Shown: positions 23,299-35,462 of the stretch, one piece after another
How positions within the stretch are numbered: the first letter of the stretch is position 1
How the letters are laid out: each line of letters starts with the position of its first letter
NCBI GenBank assembly: GCA_951406725.2
Contig: OX597817.1
Span: 156,984,001 to 157,048,000, forward strand
DNA length: 64,000 nucleotides
Reading direction: 5' to 3'
DNA from: Octopus vulgaris
Taxonomy: Eukaryota
The notes under the pieces: generated by a model
What the model was told of the DNA's origin: nothing
Databases searched by the model: none
The model's input: the letters and a program-made list of their open reading frames with translations, nothing else
Translations under genes and position numbers: made by a program

Positions 23299-24558
23299 GT
23301 AAGATTCTAACTTTTACAACATTTTAATATCACAAACATCTCTAATCTTTCATCATCTGACACAAAATCACCTCCTCCAATGCCCCTTCCCCTCTCAAAG
23401 ATTCCTTGTTTTATAAAGTTACTTGGTGACCTTGCCAGTTTAGGTGCTACTGAAAAAGCACCCAGTCCACACTGTGAAGTGGTTGGCATTTGGAAGAGCA
23501 TCCAGCTGTATAAGCTACACCAAAACTGTCCTTGCTTGTGTGAGTGCCATGTAAAAAGCACTCAGCCCACTTGATGGAGTGGTTGGTGGTAGGAAGGGCA
23601 TCCAGCCATAAAAACCATGCCAAAACAGAAACTGAAGTTGGTTGCTGCCTCCTGTCTGGCCAGCTCCTGTCAAACCTATTTCTTTATTATCCACAAGGGG
23701 CTAAACACAGAGGGGACAAACAAGAACAGACACATGGATTAAGTCGATTATATCGACCCCAGTGCGTAACTGGTACTTAATTTATCGACCCTGAAAGGAT
23801 GAAAGGCAAAGTCGACCTCGGCGGAATTTGAACTTAGAATGTAGCGGCAGGCGAATTCCCGCTAAGCATTTCGCCCGGAGTGCTAATGTTTTTGCCAGCT
23901 CGCCACCTTGTCAAGCCGTCCAACCCATGCTAGCATGGAAGGAGGATGTTAACGATGATGATCTATGATATATTAGGTCAGCCCCAAAATCTGAAATCCT
24001 AAATATGTATTGCTACAAGAACTGCAAGGAAAATTAAGTAATATGCTAAAGGACTTACCAGAGGACTTTGAATTACTTATTTGTGTGTGGTTTTTTAGCT
24101 AGCCATGACCACCCCATCCGAGATTTGCAGCTTAAGGCATGTAGTCACCAACCTTTACTTGTTTTTATTTCACTGGTCTTCACATGTTGAAACAAATGTC
24201 ATCTATGCTCAAGCAATATTAACGTGAAGAAGGTGGCGAGCTGGCAGAATTGTTAGCACGCCAGGCGAAATGCTTAGTGGTATTTCGTCTGCCGTTACGT
24301 TCTGAGTTCAAATTCCACCGAGGTCGACTTTGCCTTTCATCCTTTCGGGGTCGATTAAATAAGTACCAGTTACGCACTGGGGTCGATATAATCGACTTAA
24401 TCCATCTGTCTGTCCTTGTTTGTCTCCTCTGTGTTTAGCCCCTTGTGGGTAGTAAAGAAATAGGTATTGAAAGGGTTAAAGTGCGTGTACATTTTTTGGG
24501 ATATCTTTTATGTGTATATAAATTTATCATCTTTCAAATAAAATGATTTCTTTTACAG

Positions 24559-24676
24559 GAGGATTTCCCTGGTTTAGTTCCTATGGTCAACAAATATTTA
24601 GATTACATTGAATGTGATGTTGATACCCGGTGCACTGTATTACAGTATTTGAAATTAATATCCAAAAGAGCTTCAG
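24559..24676 (+). CDS. GCLC: GCLC exon
   Basis: cag|[39 protein letters not shown](G)|gtgaat. Confidence 0.95.
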
Positions 24677-27600
24677 GTGAATTGCTTTCTTTTTATTTTC
24701 ATTTTTCTTTAAATATATTATAATGGCACAGGATATGTTATAAGGCGCAGGAGTGGCTGTGTGGTAAGTAGCTTGCTTACGAACCACATGGTTCTGGGTT
24801 CAGTCCCACTGCGTAGCACCTTGGCCAAGTGTCTTCTACTGTAGCTTCGGGCCGACCAAAGCCTTGTGAGTGGATTTTGTAGACGGAAACTGAAAGAAGC
24901 ACATTGTATATCTATGTTTCTATGTCTGTGTTGTCCCACCACCATCGCTTGACAACCGATGCTGGTGTGTTTACGTCCCCGTAACTTAGTGGTTTGGCAA
25001 AAGAGACCAATAAAATAAGTACTAGGCTTACAAAGAATAAGTCCTGGAGTCGATTTGCTCGACTAAAGGTGGTGCTCCAGCATGGCCACAGTCAAATGAC
25101 TGAAACAAGTAAATTAGTAACCTGTGCAAAACTGCTTTGATTGTTTTATTTATGTATTGGCCACATTTGGAATATCATTGTATCCATGTGATCCAAACTG
25201 TCGACACACTTTATTCTCTACCATCCCACGCAGGATCAGTTGTAACACTGATATTTGTCTCATCAAAATATGTCATATTTTAGTTCATTTTCTTACTTGT
25301 TTTACACACGATTGAATACTATGTCGCCTTCTGTGTTAGTAGGCGCAGGAGTGGCTGTGTGGTAAGTAGCTTGTTTACCAACCACATGGTTCCGGGTTCA
25401 GTCCCACTGCGTGGCACCTTGGGCAAGTGTCTTCTACTATAGCCTTGGGCCGACCAAAGCCTTGTGAGTGGATTTGGTAGACGGAAACTGAAAGAAGCCC
25501 GTCGTATATATGTATATATATATATGTGTGCGTGTATGTTTGTCCCCCTAGCATTGCTTGACAACCGATGCTGGTGTGTTTATGTCCCCATCACTTAGCA
25601 GTTCGGCAAAAAGAGACTGATAGAATAAGTACTGGGCTTACAAAGAATATGTCCCGGGATCGAGTTGCTTGACTAAAGGCAGTGCTCCAGCATGGCCGCA
25701 GTCAACTGACTGAAACGAGTAAAAGAGTAAAGAGTAGGGTTTTTGTTTTTACACTTGAATGCTGTACTTCTTTATGAGTAGGGTTTTCCTTTTCACACTT
25801 GAATGCTGTGCCTATTTGCTTGTGAATATCAGGGCTGTGGGGTCGAAACAAAAACTTCGACTCCAACTCCTCTTTATGTAATCAAGTGATTGTGGTCTAC
25901 ATATCTCATAAAGCATATACCTATGCTTGTACTTTGAGTAGGCCTGTGTGTTATAACTGGTTTATATTAAAGTCGGATGTAGAGGGTTCGTTGGACACAG
26001 TGTGAGACGACTGTTGTTATCGTTAGGCCTAACTCATCATAAAGTCAATACCACCATGACCGATATCCAAACTACAGTGGAGAAGGCTAGCTGATGAGTG
26101 ATGGCTAGAATAATGAGCTTTATTTGATAACCAGCTGATCTAGCAAGCGGGGCCTCATATCAGTGTGCATTGATGCCGTCGAGAGGTAGGCCCCAAAACG
26201 GCGCGCATTCTCTCCTGATGACCCCATACACTTGCTGGCTTCCGGTATGCAGAGTTTTTGACTGGTTGCACTTGCATGTGCAAGTTGTTTGCAAGACATA
26301 TAAAGACATTGTGAGTCAGAGTCAGTATAGTTTTACTGACTCCAAATCCAGCGACCCCTTAACCCTTTCGTTACCAACCCGGCTGAAGCCGGCCCTGGCT
26401 CTGAGTACAAATGGCTTGTTTTCAAAAGATTTGAACTAAAATCTTCCACCAAACCTTTGTCACAATTTATGTTCTTAACACTAGCTGAATGATAACTAAG
26501 TTACTAAATTCTTTATTATATTTAAAGTAATTAAAAGAAACACAGAGCATCTCAAAATAAATACAGTAATATAGCCTTTGTTTTTGCACTTGAATGCTCT
26601 TCCTATCGCTAAACACTCATCCTTGAAGCTAGAATAGAGTTTCTTTTAGCTAAACTTTATCAAGAGTTATGTAACTTGCCCAAAGACAAAGTCACAACAA
26701 AACGGTTTGAATTCGTAGTCAAGGAATCAGTTGTCCAATTCATTTTTAGTTCTCTGTGAAAACATGTTTGGCTATGGGGAAATATTACCTTGTTTGGAAG
26801 CAGTTGAAGGCTGGTGACAAGGAAGGCATCTGTCCATAGGAAAATCTGCCTCAGTAAACATCGTCTGACCGTTACAAGCATGGAAAAGTGAACGTTAAAA
26901 TGCTGATGATGACACATATACACACATCATCATCATCATTTAACGTCCATTTTCCATGCTAGCATGGGTCGGACGGTTCGACCGGGGTCTGGTAAGCCAT
27001 GAAAGCTGCACCAGGCTCCAGTCTGACCTGGCAGTGTTTCTACAGCTGGATGCCCTTCCTAACGCCAACCACTCCAAGAGTGTAGTGGATGTTTTTTATA
27101 TGCCACCGGCACAGGGCCAGAGGAGGCTGGCAAACAGTGCTTTTACGTGTCACCGACACGAACGCCAGTCAGGTGGCGCTGGCATCTGCCACGTTCAGAT
27201 GGTGCTTTTTACGTGGCACTGGCACAGGTGTCTTAACTACAATTTCCATTATATATATATATTATGCAATGTATTTAGTTAATAATTAACATAGTTACAA
27301 CCCTTGATTTGACTTAAACTAACATAATATTGTGTTGAGTTAAAAGGTTTGCAATATTTTGGTAATTTATTTGCTTTATTCAAGTTACAACAAAAGTAGT
27401 CTGGCATTCAGACTAGAGGCCATCAAGTTCCACTGTCTGAAGCCACCTTTCTGCCAGTTTTTATTATTATTATTCTACACTGATACCAGTTCTTGCTCTT
27501 GGAGGCAAAGAACTTCTTTCATTTCAAACCACTGAGCTATAGAACATTCTTTTGGAATGAAAATTAAGATGAACCACATGTGAGTTTTCTTCAGCTCGGG

Positions 27601-28991
27601 GTTTTTCTGTTTTATTTTTGGAACTTGTTTCCAGAACTTACTTTAAGACTAGGATTTGTGGATCATCTTTAGACCCAGATTCTCCTTAATCAGTTCTATT
27701 TTTACGGCAAATGATGACAACCATCATTGACCCATACCAGCTATGGAAAGATTTACAAGGTGAAGCCAGGCCTGAACTTTTGTAGGCCATCTCAACTGGC
27801 TAGGAAATATGAATCACTCCTTGTAACCAATGTTCCTCCAGTTTATAGTCTTTTATTTCAATATCATGCACTGTATTTACTTTCCTAATCAGATTGGACA
27901 AGTGATTGAAGTTCCTTGACAATGTCTATCTTTGTAAAAACTCTTTGTTCTGAAATTTGATTTCCTCAATTCTGATTTGGGTAATCATATGAAAAATTTA
28001 TTTATTTGCTTCTTAGAGAGTGGGTTTTCAAGTTACTGGCTTTGTAATGACTAAGCAACACATGGTAAATAAGACACCAAGAGTCTTCATCTTTGAGAAT
28101 GAATACAAAATCTTCCTCCCAACTCTGGTTTAAAATTGGTTTTTATTTTTTTCTTAGAATATTGTGACAGCATCTTCCTTCACAAACACTTGTAACTAAA
28201 GACTAGGTCTATACTACAACTAGACATATATATATATACATACACATGCCGGTGGCACGTAAAAAGCACCATCCGTTCGTGTCCGTTGCCAGCCTCGCCT
28301 GGCCCCCGTGCCAATGGCATGTAAAAGCACCATCCGTTCGTGGCCGTTTGCCAGCTCCGTCTGGCACGTAAAAAGCACCCACTACACTCACGGAGTGGTT
28401 GGCGTTAGGAAGGGCATCCAGCTGTAGAAACACTGCCAGATAAGACTGGCCTGATGCAGCCTTCTGGCTTCACAGACCCCAGTTGAACCGTCCAACCCAT
28501 GCTAGCATGGAAAGCGGACGCTAAATGGTGATGATGATGATGATGATATATATTTAACATCGTCCGTTTTTCTGTCCTTGTTTCGTATACATTCGAAGCT
28601 TTTTTCCAAGGAATCTAATGCTCTTAGCTTAGTTTTTCCTTGGGGCTGGCCAGATTGGAGCAATCTCAAGATTAATCAGTCGAAATTGCGAGGATGATCC
28701 AGTTCTTGACTGAAGATTAAAGGCTTCGAATGACCCGTCCGTGTCTTTTGTACCGTCTTTTGGATGTTTTGCATTCTTGTCCCATTTTATATTATAATAT
28801 ATATATATATATTAATTTACATCTAATCAGTGAACTTTCATTGTCTTGTAAATGTTTTAGAAAAAAAAAAAAAGAGGCAAGACAAGTGACTTATATGAAT
28901 AATTTTCTTGTCATTTCCATCTTTTTTGGAAATGTTTAACAAACAAAATGTACAGAATTATAAATGCTTTTATGTTTCTGATATTAAACAG

Positions 28992-29236
28992 GGGAGCTCT
29001 TGACAATGGCCCAGTGGACAAGACAGTTTGTTACCAACCATGAAGACTACAAAAATGATTCAGTGGTCAGTGATAAAATCAACTACGATTTCCTGATGGA
29101 ATGTGACAAAATTGCCTACGGTGAACATGACTGTCCACAACTATTTTTCAAGTATCATAGCCGTACACGAGACAACATCCCTGCTGCTGTTTCTAAAGCT
29201 GAAGCTAATCTAAACCGAAAAATCTATGCTAGCTAA
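28992..29236 (+). CDS. GCLC: GCLC terminal coding exon
   Basis: cag|(G)ELLTMAQWTRQFVTNHEDYKNDSVVSDKINYDFLMECDKIAYGEHDCPQLF…RKIYAS*. Confidence 0.95.
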
Positions 29237-30020
29237 ATAAAAGATCAATGCTGTTACCCCCCACCCCAACTTGGTTTTAAGTTAAATTAGATACTGGATA
29301 ATCATTTCTTCTTAATTTCATTCTTGATGTATCTCCCAGTTTTATTTACATTTTAATTAGCTTTTTTTTTAAACAACAAAGATTTTTTTTAGTTTTTGGT
29401 GAGAAAAACTGTTTTTCTTTTTCTTCTGTTAATAGAATTTATATTTTATTTTTTTAATTGCCTTTGCTAACTCAAAGGTGTTGCTTCATGATTAAGCCTA
29501 AACCCCGGCCCTACTAATAAAACATTGTTAATGACAGATGAATGGAGAAAGGATATTGCAAACAAGTAGATAACTAAATGAAGATTTGTAATATTTTTGT
29601 CAAGCTTCTTTTCCACCAGTCTCACAGAAATTAAATCTAATATTAAATATGCTGATTCAACAAAAAGATAAATGAAATCCCGGAAAATGAAAAATCATTT
29701 TTTTATACAACAATTTCGGCTGATATGAGAGTTGTCAGTTTGTGTGAGAAATGTTGTTAGACTAGCTTCATGCTATAATTTTTATGCCTGCTAATTCTAT
29801 TATAATTCATTGACTCTCTTCTGAGCAATGGTGTAATTAATGCTCAGTGTGATAATAATCATAAAGCATTCAGTCATATTCTGTTATGAACAATCATTCT
29901 TAATCTCCAGTTAAATGTTTATGAGAAAAACAAAAACATGAATAACTGAACTGTTGTTTTAAAATCTTTTCAGTTGTTGAAACTAAAATATCATGTTATA
30001 ATCTTTTTTCTAAAATGAGA

Positions 30021-30026
30021 AATAAA
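30021..30026 (+). terminator. Candidate GCLC polyadenylation signal
   Basis: AATAAA followed by GT-rich sequence, at the end of an approximately 0.8-kb repeat-free stretch after the stop. An alternative AATAAA lies at 29516. Confidence 0.45.
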
Positions 30027-31246
30027 ATAATTTTTGAGTAAAGTGTTCAGCATGTTCAGTTTGTAAGAATATTTTTTCATCTTGCGCAAAAATGATCTTT
30101 CAAGCTAGCCGTAGAAGACTAACACGTAGAGGTGCAATGGCCCAGTGGTTAGGGCAGCGGATTTGCGGTTTCAATTCCCAGACCGGGCGTTGTGAGTGTT
30201 TATTGAGCGAAAACACCTAAAAGCTCCACGAGGCTCCGGCAGGGATGGTGGTGATCCCTGCTGTACTCTTTCACCACAACTTTCTCTCATTCTTACTTCC
30301 TGTTTCTGTTGTACCTGTATTTCAAGGGGCCGGCCTTGTCACTCTCTGTGTCACGCTGAATATCCCCGAGAACTACGTTAAGGGTACACGTGTCTGTGGA
30401 GTGCTCAGCCACTTACACGTTAATTTCACGAGCAGGCTGTTCCGTTGATCGGATCAACCGGAACCCTCCTTCTCGTAACCGCCGGAGTGCTTCCATCCCA
30501 GAAGACTAACAAAACTTTTAGTCACAATGTAAGGGTAGCATGAACGAATCACTTATGCAACTTCACTGCAGGTTGAGATTCAAATGGAATATCAGTCATA
30601 TTAATCTTACTAGGAGGGTCTATAAAAAGACCACAAGCAGGTGCCAGTTTTTTCTCAATAAGATTCACAGATTCAATCACTTGCTGAGAATGCATTAATT
30701 CATCATCATCGTCCGTTTTCTATGCTAGCATGGGTTGGACGGTTCGACCGGGGTCTGGTAAGCCATGACAGCTACACCAGGCTCCAGTCTGACCTGGCAG
30801 TGTTTCTACAGCTGGATGCCCTTCCTAACGCCAACCACTCCAAGAGTGTAGTGGATGTTTTTTACATGCCACCGGCACAGGGCCAGAGGAGGCTGGCAAA
30901 CAGCCAGGATCGGTAGGTGCTTTTACGTGTCACCGACACGAACGCCAGTCAGGTGGCGCTGGCATCTGCCACGTTCAGACAGTGCTTTTTATGTGTCACC
31001 AGCACAGGTGTCTTAACTACAATTTCCATTTGATTTTTATTTTGATGTTGGTGTTGACATAACAGAAATTTCCGCCATAAGAAACCTCTGCAATTCAGTA
31101 GTCTGACGAAAGCCTTCTAAAACTAGTGTTGGTACTCTGTTAAAAGGTTTGTTCCTCTGCTGCTCAATTCAATTCAAAAGCTTCGAATGCAACATTTTTA
31201 CATTGTAAATTATTATCAAACACTATTTCAGCATCTTCGCTAATGT

Positions 31247-31435
31247 TATTGGGTTGGTGCATAATTACTGCAGTTTTGTTTTTCAAAACATCTTTAAATG
31301 ATAATTCCAGAGCATATTCACCATCTACTTCAATTACTGCTTCCCATTTGCTTGGCAGACGGTCATCTAAAGAAGTTTTTGTTAAATATTGTTATTGTCG
31401 AAAAAAATCCGCAATAATTATTCCTCCACCCAATA
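31247..31435. mobile_element. mariner-type MITE
   Basis: TATTGGGTTGGTGCATAATTA…TAATTATTCCTCCACCCAATA imperfect TIRs. Confidence 0.6.
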
Positions 31436-31538
31436 CATATATCATCACATCAGTGGCTGTGAGCTGTTTACCTTCAAACAGTTTAGTGACAGCAATACAA
31501 AATATAGATGCCTTAGAAATTTTGCCATGTTATCTTAA

Positions 31539-32736
31539 CCCTTTAGCATTTAAACTGGCCATATCTGGTTTCTTACATCAACCCTACAATATCTTTCTAA
31601 AAATTGAGTCACCGCCTCAAAACCTAGAAGCTCCAAGATAATGCATGATTACAGTGATCCCTCGCTACTTTGCGGCTCAACTAATGCAGATTTTAAAAAT
31701 ATATATATGAATGCCTAAAATTTTTCATTAAATCCATTAAAATATTATCTCCTAGTCTAGGAACAACAAAACAAGCGTAAAATAGCAAAAAAGCATCTAC
31801 AGAAGTATTTGAACTTAAGACAGGCTGTGATTGGTGCAATGGAGAGAGACGACGAAACACAGCTTTCTATTTTGTAATCTGGCCTGTGTATCAGTAACAA
31901 TCTTTATTTTTTTAAATCTGAAGTGTTATATTTCTTTACTACCCACAAGGGGCTAAACAGAGTGGACAAACAAACGGATTAAGTCCATTACATCGCCCCC
32001 AGTGCATAACTGGTACTTAATTTATTGACCCCGAAAGGATGAAAGGCAAAGTCAACCTCGGCGGAATTTGAACTCAGAATGTAACGGCAGACGAAATATG
32101 GCTACGCATTTCGCCCGGCATGCTAACATCTCTGCCAACTCGCCACCTTTAATCTAAAGTGTTACTGCTCAACAGTTGTCCTTGTTATTAATAGACTACT
32201 GCAATGGGAGGGTTTTAAAAGTACAAATACACGTTAAATAAATACTGTAAATATGGTGTCCCTACTTCGCAGAAATTCAGTTATCATAGGTGCAGGAGTG
32301 GCTGTGTGGTAAGTAGCTTGCTAACCAACCACATGGTTCCGGGTTCAGTCCCACTGCGTGGCATCTTGGGCAAGTGTCTTCTGCTATAGCCCCGGGCCGA
32401 CCAATGCCTTGTGAGTGGATTTGGTAGACGGAAACTGAAAGAAGCCTGTCGTATATATATATGTGTGTTTGTGTTTGTCCCCCTAGCATTGCTTGACAAC
32501 CGATGCTGGTTTACGTCCCCGTCACTTAGCGGTTCGGCAAAAGAGACCGATAGAATGAGTACTGAGCTTACAAAGAATAAGTCCCGGGGTCGATTTGCTC
32601 GACTAAAAGGCGGCGCTCCAGCATGGCCGCAGTCAGATCACTGAAACAAGTAAAAGAGTATCGTGGCTGGTCTCAGAACCAATCTACTGTGATAAACAAG
32701 GGATCACTGTAATTCAAAACAATGAGTACTGGAAGG
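31539..32736. mobile_element. Nested cluster: TTAA-type MITE containing a Tigger-like MITE (31652-32709), which contains two SINEs
   Basis: Outer TTAA|CCCTTTAGC…AAGG|TTAA is split at 'gatta|attcaaaac'. Inner TA|CAGTGATCCCT…AGGGATCACTG|TA. SINE C(-) at 31928-32150 and SINE A(+) at 32288-32660. Intact copies of the outer family at 49484-49692 and 51211-51379. Confidence 0.75.
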
Positions 32737-35288
32737 TTAAGCCAGTCCTTAGTTATGTTTTTATTGTTCCTCCAGGTGCATCAAGAATATTTCACATTTT
32801 TTTTTTAGTTTCAAATATCAGTTGTATTATTCAGATCTGTCTGCAGGAAATTGCAATGAGAATATTCAGTCGGCTGTTTTCCTTCTGAGTTAATGATGTT
32901 ATAGATGTCCAGTACTGGGTTTATGTCAGAGCGGAGTATGCACATGAACAAAATCAGTACATAATACAACAATCCCTCTCTCTCTCCTTCGTTGAGGCAC
33001 TGAGCAGCTATACGCACACATACACACACGGCAGTAACTTCCACCTACCGAATTCAATCACAAAGCTCCGGTCGGCTCGAGGTTATAGTGGAAGACACCT
33101 ACCCAAAGTGCCACGCAGTGGGACTGAACCCAAAACCATGTAGCTAGGAAGCAAGCTCCCTAACCACACATAACTAATGTTTTTTTGATCATGTAGCTTA
33201 GGCTTTCAGTTTTAAATTGAACTAGGGAATTTGCATTGTAGCAGATTTCATGAACTGTTGTTGGTGGTCGATTCCCTTGAAACTAATTATTCTGAAGTAA
33301 GCCATATCAATAGCAAGCAATGAGACTTATGTTGAAGATGGCACCATTAAAAGATCCGAGGATTATGTTGCTGTACTTGATACTTTTAACTGTCAGTTTG
33401 GTCTCCTAAGGGCATCCAGCCGTAGAAACACTGCCAGATCAGACTGGGCCTGATGCAGCCTTCTGGCTTCACAGACCCCAGTTGAACCGTCCAACCCATG
33501 CTAGCATGGAAAACGGACGCTAAATGATGATGATGATGACGCATAAAGAGATGACAGTTCAGATTTCCAATAAGACTGAAAGAGGTTTAGCAGTTTCAAA
33601 GGGTAATTATAAAATTACAGCCTCCCAATTAGCATCATTTTGCAACAAGCCAAATGTAACCATGCACTATTTGAAATTAATGAAATAAAACCAGTCCACT
33701 GACTTTATGTTAGAGATTCCAAAACAGAAATATTCCTGCTCAGATAAACAGTACAGAAACGTCTCAGTGTAATCAACATTTAACCCTTTCGCTACTGTAT
33801 TTATCTTCAGATGCTCTGGGTTTCTTTTAATTACTTTAAATATAACAAAGAATTTAGTAAAATAACTTATTCAGCTAGTGTTAGGAACATAAATTGTGAC
33901 TAAGGTTTGGTGAAAGATTTTAATTCAAATCTTATGAAAATAAGACATTTGTACTACAGAGCCAGAGTCAGGTTGGTAATGAAAGGGTTCACAGGAACAG
34001 TCTTTTTGGCCATTTTATTTTGTTCCAGGAGTAATATGAAGGAGCTTGATAATACAGCAATGTCCGAAGAAATGTAATGTACTAGTAAAGTAAAAAAGAA
34101 AATTTATGTTGCGTCCCTTTAGAGCTAGAACTTGTTACATTACATTTGTTTAGACACTACTGACATGTATGTACAAAAACACACATCATCATTGTTTAAC
34201 GTCTGTTTTCCATGTTAGCATGGGTTGGACGGTTCTACTGGGTCTCGAAGCCAGGGAGCTGCACCAGTCTGATCTGGCAGTTTCTACAGCTGGATGCCCT
34301 TCTTAACGCCAACCACTCCGTGAGTGTAGTGGGTGCTTTTTTACGTGCCATGGAGGCTGGCAGCGGCTACGATCGGTTAGTGCTTTTTACGTGCCACTGA
34401 GACAGGTATCACAACTACAATTTCCACCGAGACAGGTGCACAGACGATATGCCTAAATAGTCATTCAAAAAGTATACCAACATAACATTTTAAGTATGTC
34501 ATGAATTAACTCTAATTTTATAGTTTATGGAGCCAGGATAACAAAGTTGGGAAATTGTTTAATCTTGTACTGCTCTTTCACAATATCCATCAGTCATTTA
34601 CTGCCTTGTTATTTCTCTTTTGTTTCAACAATAATTCAGCAGAACCTGAATCACTGAAGATCACAAATGTATAACATATACAAATATATCACGATTACAT
34701 GGATACTTCAAAGATAGGCAAAACTGTATTAAAAAAATTCTCATGTGTGATCATATACTAATGATGTACTCAAAGATTACCCAAAGACATGCATCACAAA
34801 GTAGATATATCTTTGTGTAAGCATAAAACTCAATTTATTCTCAAGTAGTTGAACAACTGATGATACACATGGGTGTCCTTGAAAACCACATTTCAAAACA
34901 AAATACAATATAAACATGCTTTTTGTCATTGGTTCTTTTTACTGTAGTATTTCATCCACATCTCAAATTGTAGTGGATAAGTACACACTGAATAATGCGG
35001 TTCTTGGATCACTGGATCTGAGAAAGGGGACAGTGATCACAGCTGCAATGTCTTCCATTAGAGAGAATGCCGTCATGGAACTTAGCAACTAAGAGGAACC
35101 TTTTAGTCAATCTACCAAAAAAATAGAACCGAAGTTCAAATAATATTCTACAGGCTTAACAAAAAAAAAAAAAAAATGCATGAGCAGAAGCTCACAGCGA
35201 GAAGGCTTTCGTAAGTTCTGTTCACTCAGATCTGAAAAAGATTTTGAGCCAAAGTATCTCCTACATGAGTAATTTTCTGTCACTTAGG

Positions 35289-35462
35289 CAGGGGTGCTGA
35301 AAAGTTCCTAGCTTTTAGTAAATGAAAATACAGAAAGATCAGTTAATTTTATTCAACATATTGCAGTCTTTCAGTTTTTTCTAATCTCTGTAAAAGAACT
35401 TGGAAGGTCGGGCTGCCAATCAGTCCTTTAAAACCCTTAAAGCCAGGAACCTTTCAGCACCC
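35289..35462. mobile_element. mariner-type MITE
   Basis: CAGGGGTGCTGAAAAGTTCC…GGAACCTTTCAGCACCC TIRs. Related copy at about 6500-6688. Confidence 0.7.

Noticed and set aside
27380-28200. Possible degenerate retroelement ORF on the - strand
   Set aside because: No motif could be read with confidence; a translated search is needed.
28550-28800. (TA)n-flanked insert with CTGAAGA and GAAA words, possible hammerhead
   Set aside because: The core elements are not in a workable order with the required stems. Possibly a decayed relative, but not supportable.
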